The notes under the pieces were generated by a model. The model was not told the DNA's origin. It did no database searches and saw nothing but the letters and a program-made list of their open reading frames with translations. A program made the translations under genes and the position numbers. A DNA stretch of 64,000 bases, from positions 124,001 to 188,000 of IMG/VR virus record IMGVR_UViG_3300037054_000148. One strand, given 5' to 3'. This document shows positions 46,461 through 55,969 of this stretch, in pieces; positions within the stretch are counted from its first letter, which is position 1; every line of letters starts with the position of its first letter.

Positions 46461-47246
46461 ATGCGACCCATATGTTTTGCCCTAGTGATGGGGTTGGTAT
46501 TAATGGTAAATTGCGGGAGGACACCTCCCCCCATAAAGACGGTGGCCCCCGTTCCGGCTGAAACAACCATTCGGACTAAGGTAGAGGAACAGGCCGTTTC
46601 TAAATCAGTGGCGAAAGCTGTCCAGCAGTCTCATCTTAAGATAGCAGCCACTCCTAAACCACCTCCTAAACCCCCTGAGAAGGAAGCAATGGATACTTTG
46701 GAAGTGGAAACTGACACCTCTGTTTGGACAGTGGGGAAGACGGGGATCATTACAGTGGTGATCGCTGAGCCGGAACTAGTAGCGGACGCCTCTCATTCGA
46801 ATGAGATTGGCATCGGGTCCACTTTGGTGCCTATCTCCGCATACTATCTCGTAGCCCTCGAAGGAGCCCTTCCAGGGCAGTTTGATATCGCTCCCGCCCC
46901 AGGACAGCAGGAAAAGCAACACAGGGCTCCAAAGGGCTATCCGGCCACTTGGCGATACGAAATCACACCGCTTCGCAAGGGGAAGGTGGACCTTCTCTTC
47001 ACCCTGAAAATTTTTGCGGAGAATGATACGGCTGGGACAGCCATCGCTACCCGTCCCCTTCATCTGGATGTTACCTCAAAATTTCCCTCTTCATTTTTAT
47101 TCAGTCTGAACCACACTATTACCAACGGCCCCGGCTGGGGAGCAGTATTAGGAGTTGTGGCCGCCCTCATCACAGCGTTGGCATATTCAACGTGGTGGAG
47201 AAGTAGGCGCAAAAGTCGTAAAAAGCAAATCGTTTCGAAGGACTGA
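46461..47246 (+). CDS. Putative lipoprotein/secreted protein with C-terminal transmembrane helix
   Basis: N-terminal signal ending in C (LVLMVNC), Pro-rich linker, beta-rich core, C-terminal TM helix and basic tail. Confidence 0.65.
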   Translation: MRPICFALVMGLVLMVNCGRTPPPIKTVAPVPAETTIRTKVEEQAVSKSVAKAVQQSHLKIAATPKPPPKPPEKEAMDTLEVETDTSVWTVGKTGIITVVIAEPELVADASHSNEIGIGSTLVPISAYYLVALEGALPGQFDIAPAPGQQEKQHRAPKGYPATWRYEITPLRKGKVDLLFTLKIFAENDTAGTAIATRPLHLDVTSKFPSSFLFSLNHTITNGPGWGAVLGVVAALITALAYSTWWRSRRKSRKKQIVSKD

Positions 47247-47291
47247 AACCAGCTAGTTTACCACTACCAGCTTCTCTTGAAAGGGGACACA

Positions 47292-47519
47292 ATGGACACC
47301 GTGAAACAGTCTTGTCAGGTGTTGGATCGCATCCTACGTCAGGGTGGGGTGATCGATGAATCTGCGTTACCCTATGATAACGACTTGCTTATGTACAGAC
47401 TAACCCAGAGAAAGTTCATTCAGCCTACCGCTACGTATGACAGCGGGGAACGCATTTTTGCCATAACCGACAAGGGCATTGCAGAATTGGAGCGTCACCC
47501 CAGTCATGCCGGGAACTGA
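47292..47519 (+). CDS. Small winged-helix-like protein
   Basis: LMYRLTQRKFI....RIFAITDKGIAELE, the typical wHTH wing ending (Y.iT.kG..eL). Confidence 0.55.
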   Translation: MDTVKQSCQVLDRILRQGGVIDESALPYDNDLLMYRLTQRKFIQPTATYDSGERIFAITDKGIAELERHPSHAGN

Positions 47520-47793
47520 TATGTTTCCCGTTGACTACCGCATCCACCAGTTGGAATTGCGTGTCAACGGCTGGTTGTTCCCCCATGTATGGCTGGCTAT
47601 TTATTCATTTGATAAAGTCGTGAAGTATGCTCTGATGGTTGAAGACCCCACCTTTGGCAGATTCGAATTATCAAGTAATATGGTAGTAGAATGGAAGACC
47701 AAAGGACGATGGTATCAGACTAAGCCGCAGTTTGTGATTAATCACCTACTCGCTAAAGGAGCGTACGATGACGCAGAGGCCCAAGAAGGTTGA
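47479..47793 (+). CDS. Hypothetical protein (start uncertain)
   Basis: ~100-aa ORF in an operon-like run. Confidence 0.55.
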   Translation: MQNWSVTPVMPGTDMFPVDYRIHQLELRVNGWLFPHVWLAIYSFDKVVKYALMVEDPTFGRFELSSNMVVEWKTKGRWYQTKPQFVINHLLAKGAYDDAEAQEG

Positions 47794-47947
47794 AGATATT
47801 GAAGACCAGATGGACGCAGCGATTGATCAAAAAGATCATAAGGAAATGAGAAAGTGCCGCCATGGGATCAGCAAACATATCGAATCCAGCGTTAAGCTCA
47901 GGATTTCTGATGAGGTGGAAGATCCCCCATCCTGGAAATACGAGTAA
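47768..47947 (+). CDS. Small hypothetical protein (59 aa)
   Basis: Own translation: MTQRPKKVEDIEDQ..WKYE; AAGGAG RBS. Confidence 0.55.
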   Translation: MTQRPKKVEDIEDQMDAAIDQKDHKEMRKCRHGISKHIESSVKLRISDEVEDPPSWKYE

Positions 47948-47955
47948 TACGTAAG

Positions 47956-49911
47956 GTGAGGGTCGGCGTGGACGAACAGTGCCCACTGGTTACACCATAT
48001 ACGGATAATGAAGGCATCCCAGTAAAGATGCTGGAGTTGCTGTATCGGATCCGAAAGCATGATCCGGAGGACGGGCCTATTCCGGTCCCAGTCCCCTCAT
48101 GCTTTCGAGAATTTTCCCTCACGGCGCATAAACCAGTAAAACTTAAAAACTTCCAGACCCAAATGACGGCCCATCTGATCAAGATGCATCGGTTTATCAA
48201 TGGGGAGGGGACGGGCCTGGGTAAGACCCTGGAGAGCATCGCTGCGGCTGCCTATCTGCATGAGAAGCACGGCTGCAAAATCTTGGTCTTGGGCACTAAA
48301 TCAACTACATATCAGTGGAAGACAGAGGGATTTGACGAGTTCACCACACTCAGGACTCATGTGGCCACCGACACTTACAAGGGGCTGAAGGGGTCGCAAG
48401 CCAGACTCGCTCAGATCACAGATTTTCTTAAAAATGATATGTGTGATGTGATGATATGCAAATATTCCTCTCTCATCGGCAGAACCAAATCTCTAGAAGG
48501 TGAATTTGACGAACAGGGCTACCCAATTGAAAAAGGTCAACGAGAAGAGTTAAGCCAGGAAGTGAAGGATCTGATTCAGATTGTCGAACCTTACGGGGAG
48601 AAACTGATTCTGATTTGCGATGAGGCTCAGAAATTTAAATCCACCACTACCCAGGTTCGCAAAATGATTTTGGAGTTGCAGAGCCGAGTGGGCCGAGTGT
48701 GGGCCATGACTGCTACGGTTATCCAGAATAGTTTGGAAGAATTCTATAGTATCGCTAGCGCGATTGGGATCCGCCCCTTTGGGGGGATGGCTAAGTTCAG
48801 AGATCGCTTCTGCAAGTATCAGATGTCATATATCGGCAACGGGAGGCAGAAGCCTTCGTTAGTGGGTTACCGGAATGTCAAAGAATTCAAGATTGGGATG
48901 CGCCCCTTTTACTTGGGTCGGTCCTGTGCTCAGGTAAAAGAGCCTCTACCTAAGCTCACCACTCTCTATCACCCGATTGATCTGGACGCCAAACAGGTCA
49001 AAATGTTGGAAGACATCCGAAGTAAAAAGCTGGTGCTCCCGCCCTCTATTCACAAAATAGCCGGGGAAATCGTAGAGAAAGAGCGGGATGCGGATAACCG
49101 GATGACTATGTTGTCGGTTATGCAGTTAATTTCAAATCATCCCTGCCTTATTGACCCCACTGACAAAAAAGCCTTCTTCTCTAAGTCCCTTAGCCCGAAG
49201 GAGGAGGCCCTGCTTGAGCTTCTAGACGGAGAGCTTGCGGGGGAGAAGGTCTTAGTCTTCACAAAATCCAGAAAGTGGATTGACCGATTTGAGCAGCTTT
49301 GTAAGGATGGCCATTTTACTAATCGTAAGTTCCTCCGGATCACTGGGGCTGAAGACGAAAAGCAACGGGACACCAACAAACGTCTGTTCCAAACTGACCC
49401 CGACTATAATCTGTTGTTCATCAACACTGCAATTATGGAGGGGGCAAACCTTCAACAATCTGCCCATATGATTCTCTTGGATGCTCCGTGGGGTTGGGGG
49501 GCACTGATTCAATTGGTGGGCCGGATGGTCCGGATGTCAAGTCCTCACTCGGTTTGTACCTTGCATGTGGTATGTGCTAAAGGCACGATTGATGAATATG
49601 TGATCGATACGCTGCGAGGCAAGAAAGGGGTGTTTGACATCATTCTTGGAGAGTCCCATGCGGCGGGACTGCTGGACACCGGGAATGACCTCGATCTTTC
49701 TAGCGGTATGGAAACCCTGAATGATGACAAGGAGTTTAGGGAACTTTTGACCGCTCATGTCAAAACTACAAAAATGGGCGACTATTTGAAAGGCAAAATC
49801 CTCGCAGAAGCAATAGGGGAGGGGGAAGATTATGTAATGAGCTTCGAGAAGGAGCCCAAAGAGAGTAATAAGAACAAGAAGAAATCATTCGAGTTTTCTG
49901 AGAAATGGTGA
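47956..49911 (+). CDS. SNF2-family (SF2) helicase/ATPase
   Basis: GEGTGLGKT, ICDEAQ, MTAT, EGANLQ..LLDAPW..IQLVGRMVR. Confidence 0.92.
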   Translation: MRVGVDEQCPLVTPYTDNEGIPVKMLELLYRIRKHDPEDGPIPVPVPSCFREFSLTAHKPVKLKNFQTQMTAHLIKMHRFINGEGTGLGKTLESIAAAAYLHEKHGCKILVLGTKSTTYQWKTEGFDEFTTLRTHVATDTYKGLKGSQARLAQITDFLKNDMCDVMICKYSSLIGRTKSLEGEFDEQGYPIEKGQREELSQEVKDLIQIVEPYGEKLILICDEAQKFKSTTTQVRKMILELQSRVGRVWAMTATVIQNSLEEFYSIASAIGIRPFGGMAKFRDRFCKYQMSYIGNGRQKPSLVGYRNVKEFKIGMRPFYLGRSCAQVKEPLPKLTTLYHPIDLDAKQVKMLEDIRSKKLVLPPSIHKIAGEIVEKERDADNRMTMLSVMQLISNHPCLIDPTDKKAFFSKSLSPKEEALLELLDGELAGEKVLVFTKSRKWIDRFEQLCKDGHFTNRKFLRITGAEDEKQRDTNKRLFQTDPDYNLLFINTAIMEGANLQQSAHMILLDAPWGWGALIQLVGRMVRMSSPHSVCTLHVVCAKGTIDEYVIDTLRGKKGVFDIILGESHAAGLLDTGNDLDLSSGMETLNDDKEFRELLTAHVKTTKMGDYLKGKILAEAIGEGEDYVMSFEKEPKESNKNKKKSFEFSEKW

Positions 49912-49914
49912 TAA

Positions 49915-50715
49915 ATGGACCCAAATGAAGTTTCGGAATGCCCTCGTTGCAAAGGCTCCGGATTCATAAGACTTGCTAACGGGATGCTGGACTTCTGCAC
50001 TTGTTTTTTCACGAGGCAGCTAGCATTACAACTAGGCACTCTGACTACCTTCCCTGAGATCAATGTGCCATCCAAGCTCTCTCCGTTCCTGCTCAAACGA
50101 AGAGGGAACGGGCTTATAGAAGTAGACTCCTTGGATGGGAGCATGGAGGCACTCTCGGTCCATTTGCGAAAGGCTCTCACAGACGAATTTTATGACGCGA
50201 TCAATAAGGGTCGTAAGCCTATTACGTGGAGAGAGACTACAATGGTGGAGGTGACAGATATCAGATTTGGTAATATGCCGTACGCGGAGAAATTCGCCCT
50301 CTTGACTGCTCCTCAGCTTCTCATTATCAGAGCCGCCATGTGGCCCCCTTATGTTCAGCACTATGACAATGTTAGGATGTTGATCGGGGACCGAATGGGG
50401 AAGAAGAATCTAACATGGCTGGTCAACCCTAACTTTTCAAAAATGAAGGATGATAAGGCTATCCCCTTGTCATTTAAAGATTTTATTAAGGATATTATGG
50501 GGTTGAACAGGTTTGTTCATATAACCAGGGAAGAATCAAAAGGGGAGAGCGGAGCAAAAGTGAAAAAAACAACTGAAATGGGTATTCACCAGGGGATCGG
50601 GGTAGCGGGTATTAATCAAAAGATGCTGACCGATGCAAACGATCCGGTTCAGACCAGAATAGCCAAGATGGAGAAGACCGTTGACCAATATGACCGTAAC
50701 AGCAGTGATGGTTAG
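49915..50715 (+). CDS. Zinc-ribbon protein resembling a degenerate DnaC/IstB-type loader
   Basis: CPRCKGSG..FCTC N-terminus; C-terminal part resembles the loader ATPase (QLLIIR, LIGDR..LTWLVNPN) but has no Walker A. Confidence 0.4.
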   Translation: MDPNEVSECPRCKGSGFIRLANGMLDFCTCFFTRQLALQLGTLTTFPEINVPSKLSPFLLKRRGNGLIEVDSLDGSMEALSVHLRKALTDEFYDAINKGRKPITWRETTMVEVTDIRFGNMPYAEKFALLTAPQLLIIRAAMWPPYVQHYDNVRMLIGDRMGKKNLTWLVNPNFSKMKDDKAIPLSFKDFIKDIMGLNRFVHITREESKGESGAKVKKTTEMGIHQGIGVAGINQKMLTDANDPVQTRIAKMEKTVDQYDRNSSDG

Positions 50716-51022
50716 CCTTAAAGTTGGGGATGTGGACTACGGACGAGGATCTGAACGATTCGTCTCGCTACGTGGGGAGATCCCTGAAGGCCAGGAAGGT
50801 ATCCCTATCAATGACTACGATGAGATCTTGAAAAGGGTTTTAGATCTTCAATTAGAGGCATGGGAAGCAGTGCAGGGCAGCCGGTATGTGGGAGGGGTCG
50901 TGAAGGCTCCGTTGTTCAAGGATTTGATCGCCATAGGCCGAAAGCGCACCGAACGAGTGAAACAATTTTTGACTGAAAGAGGCGAAGTAGATGTTACCGA
51001 TATTGAATCAACTGAAAGCTGA
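50681..51022 (+). CDS. Hypothetical protein (start may be 50708)
   Basis: ~105-113-aa ORF in an operon run. Confidence 0.6.
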   Translation: MTNMTVTAVMVSLKVGDVDYGRGSERFVSLRGEIPEGQEGIPINDYDEILKRVLDLQLEAWEAVQGSRYVGGVVKAPLFKDLIAIGRKRTERVKQFLTERGEVDVTDIESTES

Positions 51023-52451
51023 GACAGTCCTGGAGGGAACGGGGCTACTTGAGAAGGTGGAAAAACTCCGCTCAACCTTCACTTATAAGTCGTCTGAAGA
51101 GGCTTACTCTTTTGATGACTATTACTTGAGGCTGCTGAAAGAGGCAGATGGGGTTGAACAGATCACCCTCCTGTCCTCCGTAGCTCCTGGCACGGCTCAG
51201 TCTTATTTGGTGCAGCTTACCCAATCTCTGCAATTGGTCACTGATAAAATTGAATCTATCCACAGTCGAGCTTTATTTTTCCTGGGGAAGGTCCGTGCGG
51301 CTATCCACAATAAGGATGGGCTGGAAGCTGCATTCACCGTATGGTACCAGATTGCCATCACCGATGTGCTAAAGGCACATGACCTCAAGTTCACAGCCTC
51401 TGTCTGTAAGGCTTTGGCCGAGTCTGAGTTCACTCGTCTGATTGGTGAAGAGGTGGTCCTGGAAGGCATGGAGGATGCGATCAGTATGCTGATCGAACAT
51501 CTGAAAAGTGCTAAGAAATTGGCCATGGAAAAGTATAAACTCGGCACCGAACAGGCCAATGCCTCTCTCCTACGTATGCCACCCAGTCAGGGCTTAACGG
51601 AGAATGAAGACCCATACCCTCTGCTAAAGCAACGATACGGCTCCCTCACAGAGGAGCCCCAGAAGCCTAAATACGATGATGACGATGAGTCCGAAAACGG
51701 ACTCCCTGCTGAAGAGGGTGACCCTAACTACGTGGAAAGACGCGAGTTTGCTGGACACCCTTTGAGTGACAAGGTAATCAAATTCATTCAGGGCACCGTC
51801 GAACAACCGGAAGTCGGTGTGGTGCTGGGCGGAGAACTTGAAGAAGTGGCGAAGAAGTGGCGTGAAGAGCAGTTGGACGCAGCCCAAGAAGCTGAGGACA
51901 AAGCACTCCTTCAGATGCTAGTTTCTAAGGAACTCACTCCCTTGGTGGAGATGCTGGCTCAGCTTCCAGATACCGGCTTCACTCATAGCGAAGATTCAAA
52001 TGCGGATGCAGAATATGTAGCTGCTCATCCAGAGACCCGGACACCATTGGTGGTGAAGCGGCGTGATTTTGATGAGGCTCTAGAAGTTCAAATAGAGCCC
52101 TCTCCAAACTTGGCCCCCGGCCCCGCCTTTGATGTTGATAAATTTGATGAGGTGCCCTCGGCTCTACCCGCAGATAAAATCATTCACGATCCCTTTGTTG
52201 GAGACGTAAAGGTGGTTCAGGGTGAGGATGGCCCCGCGCTCGTAAAAGAAAAGGGAGAGAAGGCTATTCAGCCCCAGCCTAAGCCAAAAACCAAGCCCAA
52301 ATACGATGATGAAGATGATGAAGATGGTATCTCTGTGCCCTCTTCTACCCCGGAGTCCCTAGCCCCGGAACTAGTAAGTCCAGTAGCACCAGCGGAAGTT
52401 CAACCGGTCAAAAAAGATCGAAGAAAGATCACTTTTGACGACTCATTCTGA
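50991..52451 (+). CDS. Helical protein with long acidic disordered C-terminus (possible recombination mediator)
   Basis: Coiled/helical N-terminal half; lies upstream of SSB, RuvC and RecA. Function is inferred from context only. Confidence 0.45.
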   Translation: MLPILNQLKAETVLEGTGLLEKVEKLRSTFTYKSSEEAYSFDDYYLRLLKEADGVEQITLLSSVAPGTAQSYLVQLTQSLQLVTDKIESIHSRALFFLGKVRAAIHNKDGLEAAFTVWYQIAITDVLKAHDLKFTASVCKALAESEFTRLIGEEVVLEGMEDAISMLIEHLKSAKKLAMEKYKLGTEQANASLLRMPPSQGLTENEDPYPLLKQRYGSLTEEPQKPKYDDDDESENGLPAEEGDPNYVERREFAGHPLSDKVIKFIQGTVEQPEVGVVLGGELEEVAKKWREEQLDAAQEAEDKALLQMLVSKELTPLVEMLAQLPDTGFTHSEDSNADAEYVAAHPETRTPLVVKRRDFDEALEVQIEPSPNLAPGPAFDVDKFDEVPSALPADKIIHDPFVGDVKVVQGEDGPALVKEKGEKAIQPQPKPKTKPKYDDEDDEDGISVPSSTPESLAPELVSPVAPAEVQPVKKDRRKITFDDSF

Positions 52452-52480
52452 GTATCAATTAGAGAGCAAGGAGCACACAT

Positions 52481-53281
52481 ATGGCGAACAAGCCAAAGTT
52501 TGACGAAGACGAAGAGCTAGACCTTAAGGCCGGATCGAAGGCCGGTGCGGGTCAAAAAGGAACCGCTGCTGCGGGAAAGAAGACCCTGGAGAATGAGGAA
52601 GAACTCGACTGCGACTGGGGTGACACCGAACTGATGAAGAAGAAGGATCCGATGCCACGGGTCAAGCCAGAGAAGGGCAAGGCCGTTCGCTTCGCCATTC
52701 TTCCCTTCATCAAGCCGAAGAAGGCGTTTAACCACTATATCGACAAGAAAGGCACTTTCCGTTGCCTCTCCACTGAAGAGAACGAGGGGGTCTGCTGCAC
52801 CTCTGGTCTGGCTGGCAATGCCAATCTGGCCATTGTTGCTCTGGTGGTCAAATACACCAACTGCGATCCCAAGACCGGCAAATACGGCCTGGATAAGGAC
52901 GGTCGAAAGATCGTGGAAACTGACTGGGAGGTGGGCCATGTCAATCTCAGCCGCACCAACTACACGGCCATCAACCGCATGATGGAGGATGAAGACGCCG
53001 CCAACGGGAATCCGGAGACCGTCTATGACTTCGATATCATCATGACTCACAATGAGACCACTGGTATCGGTTATACCCTCACCCGTGCATCTCGTACGCC
53101 ACGCTACCGCAAGGATCCAGAAATGGTCGCGGCCATCGAAGAAGCCGTTCAGCCTCTCATGGACGGCAAGCTCCTCACCGCAAGGCTGGGTCGCAAAATC
53201 AACGCCATCGAGTGGAAGGCCCTGCTCTCCGGCATCTCCGGAGCGAACGATGATGACGCTTCGGATAACGGCGATCTGTAA
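52481..53281 (+). CDS. Single-stranded DNA-binding protein (gp32-like)
   Basis: VRFAILP..HY..FRC..CC zinc-like segment, acidic C-terminal tail (DDDASDNGDL), strongly biased codons, own terminator. Confidence 0.7.
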   Translation: MANKPKFDEDEELDLKAGSKAGAGQKGTAAAGKKTLENEEELDCDWGDTELMKKKDPMPRVKPEKGKAVRFAILPFIKPKKAFNHYIDKKGTFRCLSTEENEGVCCTSGLAGNANLAIVALVVKYTNCDPKTGKYGLDKDGRKIVETDWEVGHVNLSRTNYTAINRMMEDEDAANGNPETVYDFDIIMTHNETTGIGYTLTRASRTPRYRKDPEMVAAIEEAVQPLMDGKLLTARLGRKINAIEWKALLSGISGANDDDASDNGDL

Positions 53282-53300
53282 GTAGCCCAAGAGTTTGACT

Positions 53301-53330
53301 CGGGGAGCCTCGGGGCTCCCCGTTTTATTT
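53301..53330 (+). terminator. Rho-independent terminator
   Basis: CGGGGAGCC-TCGG-GGCTCCCCG followed by TTTTATTT. Confidence 0.88.
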
Positions 53331-53340
53331 TGGAGAAGCA

Positions 53341-54156
53341 GTGGCACCACGTAAACCGAAGAAAACGTTCGCTGAAAAGATTACTTTTCCAGCTACATCC
53401 ACTATCAAAAAATGGCTAGTCATCGGACTTGACCCTTCTCTGAGCCGCACCGGTTTTGCCTTTGCTAAGATGGTCAGCCTCTCCTCCCAATGGTTGAGTA
53501 TTGGCTCTCTTAAACCTGATGATACCTCTCTTCCCATATGGCTCAGATCTCAACAGATAGCCAGTGCGATTGGAGAGATGATGCTACACTGGCAAAATAC
53601 TGCTGTGACCGGTAGCCTGGAACCAACTGGTTTGATTGTCTGTATGGAAGTCCCAACCCCCAGAAACGACTATCTCAATATTCTTTCCAAGACTATTCAT
53701 GCCCACCTTCTCCCTCTCACGGGTAAACTGTTCTCTGAAGTGCATGTGCTTCAGGTAAACGCAGCTACGATGAGATCCAACATGGGTCTGACTGCTACGG
53801 GAGACAACAAATGGGAGAACGTGCGGAAAAGTCAGGAGTTCGCTGATCCGGCAACCTATCCAGGCATTGATTCAGACTCATGCGATGCAATTCTCTTTGC
53901 TGAATATGGTAAGATGGTGGCGGAATTGTTGACTCCCGAAACCAATTTGGTTGGTGAATCCCCAATACTGCTGAGCCTCTGTGACAACACTCCCGTAGTG
54001 AAAGGCAAGGGCAAGAGAGCAAAAATTGTGACCAAAGGTATCCTTCACAATCCGGCATATTGGTACACCTACACCCCCACCGAATACAGTATTAGCTTAA
54101 AAGACGCTACCGTCCCGCCCAAGAAGCGGTTGCAAAAAATTACCATAACCATCTAA
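53341..54156 (+). CDS. ruvC: RuvC-like Holliday junction resolvase
   Basis: VIGLDPSLSRTGFA, VCMEVP, DSCDAILFA. Confidence 0.85.
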   Translation: MAPRKPKKTFAEKITFPATSTIKKWLVIGLDPSLSRTGFAFAKMVSLSSQWLSIGSLKPDDTSLPIWLRSQQIASAIGEMMLHWQNTAVTGSLEPTGLIVCMEVPTPRNDYLNILSKTIHAHLLPLTGKLFSEVHVLQVNAATMRSNMGLTATGDNKWENVRKSQEFADPATYPGIDSDSCDAILFAEYGKMVAELLTPETNLVGESPILLSLCDNTPVVKGKGKRAKIVTKGILHNPAYWYTYTPTEYSISLKDATVPPKKRLQKITITI

Positions 54157-54164
54157 GGAGAACC

Positions 54165-55409
54165 ATGGCTGTAAAGCGCGTTAAACACACTAAGGAAGCA
54201 GGAGAAGTTCCTGATTCCAAAGCAGCATTCCTGGAGGCCCTAGACGGCTTCGGGGAAGACCCCACAATTCAGAAGATGGAGGTCCAGGAGACGTTCGTTC
54301 CTATGGGGTCTATTATCCTTGACCACGTGCTGCAACTGAAGGGCATCCCCGGTGGGGGCCGAGTCATTCAGATTCACGGTAAGGAGCATGGGGGCAAGTC
54401 CACCCTCTGTTACAACATCGTCAAGTCTTATCAGCGGCTGACCGGCAAGGCTGCGGCCATCTTCGATTTTGAGGGCACCAGCACCCCCGAATACTTCAAA
54501 TCTAACGGGGTTAATACCGACCGTGATGCTCTAGTGGTATTCAAGAACAACTCCATTGAGGCCGCAATCCAGAAGTCCATCGTCCTGATGAAGGCCGGAG
54601 TGAAAGTGTTCATTTACGACTCTGTACCTCGTATGAAGTCCATGGTGGATGAGAAAGAAATCATGAATGGCAAGGCTTTCAAGAACACCGTTGGTGCTCA
54701 CGCCAAAACCATGAACATGTTCTTTGACATTCTCCTCCCCTACGCCCAGCACTATGACTGCGTTTTGATCATGGTCAATCAGATCAGAGCTAGGATTGAT
54801 GGATCACGCGAGGGCCAATCGGCTGCGAAATACAGCACCATCACCAATCTCAACTACGTCCTACCCGGAGGATTCGCCATGCGATTCATCCCCTCTCTGA
54901 CCATTGAAGTCAACGTGGCCAAGGCCCTTCGTGCGGGTGGTGGTGAGTCTGATTGGGACATCGAGCCAGGAGAGAACAAGGGGAACAACTATGTGGCGAC
55001 CCGCATCAACGTTCGTGTCTTGAAGAACAAGGTCACGATGGGTGGGTATCGGGCTGGGGTGCTCTACCTCCGTTCCGGCTTGGGGCTGGATGACAATATC
55101 AGCATCCGTGAATTGGCCCATCACTATAAGCTCATCTCCTATGTGGGGCGCAAGTATGTGATCGGATTAGAGTCTGACCCGATCATCATCTATGACTCTA
55201 AGGATGCGGCAATTCGAGATCTGGTGATTGAGCAGAACCCTATAGTTCTTAGTAAACTGCGCGAACTAGTGGTTGCGGCGGTTGAAAATGACCAACACGG
55301 GTTCTCCATCCAGCCCTCTGAGGAAGATTTGGCCTCCTCTGACGAGGACTTCTATCAGAAGATCTCTGCTAAGGTGGCATTTGATGATGAGGACCAGGAT
55401 CTATCATGA
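54165..55409 (+). CDS. recA: RecA/UvsX recombinase
   Basis: GRVIQIHGKEHGGKST (Walker A), VFIYDSV (Walker B), LIMVNQIR, PGGFAMRF, VLKNKV. Confidence 0.93.
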   Translation: MAVKRVKHTKEAGEVPDSKAAFLEALDGFGEDPTIQKMEVQETFVPMGSIILDHVLQLKGIPGGGRVIQIHGKEHGGKSTLCYNIVKSYQRLTGKAAAIFDFEGTSTPEYFKSNGVNTDRDALVVFKNNSIEAAIQKSIVLMKAGVKVFIYDSVPRMKSMVDEKEIMNGKAFKNTVGAHAKTMNMFFDILLPYAQHYDCVLIMVNQIRARIDGSREGQSAAKYSTITNLNYVLPGGFAMRFIPSLTIEVNVAKALRAGGGESDWDIEPGENKGNNYVATRINVRVLKNKVTMGGYRAGVLYLRSGLGLDDNISIRELAHHYKLISYVGRKYVIGLESDPIIIYDSKDAAIRDLVIEQNPIVLSKLRELVVAAVENDQHGFSIQPSEEDLASSDEDFYQKISAKVAFDDEDQDLS

Positions 55410-55969
55410 TTATCGACTCCAACAACCTCCTCCTCAAGACCTTTTGGTTCCTGGCTCTTTTGGGTTCCACCCTCTTCATGGCTTCAAATCTCGCTTACAG
55501 CCCTGCCGCCTCTCAGTACTGGATGTGGGCCGGAGGGGTTATCCTGGGGGCCTATTTGACTGGGTTCCTCGGTGTGCTAACCTATACTGTGGCCCATTCC
55601 GGAGGGGTCGATCAAGCTCTTCGAAAGATGGGCACACTGGAGAAGTTCGTAGACGCTCTAGCTGAGCCATTCCCATGGGCCAATAAGGCGTTCTGGTTCA
55701 CCATTTTCTACTACGCCTCCCTCCTTATTGGCTGGCCCTTATTGCACGGAGCCTTGCTTTGCATCTCAGTCTCTCTCCTTGCTACCACCGTCCTATGCGT
55801 CCTTCGCAATCTTCACCTCATCAGAGCCTTCCTTCGTCTCTCGATCAAGGGGGTAATGATTGAGAGTGCGGTCAAGGATTTAATCTCTCACATTATGGCC
55901 TCTGAAGCAGAGAAAGAATGTGATAAAGAAGGCTGCTCCTGCAAGACCCCACCTGAAGAGGAATCATGA
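55406..55969 (+). CDS. Integral membrane protein (about 4 TM helices)
   Basis: Multiple long hydrophobic segments. Confidence 0.7.
   Translation: MIIDSNNLLLKTFWFLALLGSTLFMASNLAYSPAASQYWMWAGGVILGAYLTGFLGVLTYTVAHSGGVDQALRKMGTLEKFVDALAEPFPWANKAFWFTIFYYASLLIGWPLLHGALLCISVSLLATTVLCVLRNLHLIRAFLRLSIKGVMIESAVKDLISHIMASEAEKECDKEGCSCKTPPEEES

Noticed and set aside
18641-55409. Inteins in terminase, portal, polymerase, helicase or RecA
   Set aside because: The insertions lack C/S-start and HN-C/S/T-end splice motifs and have no LAGLIDADG blocks.
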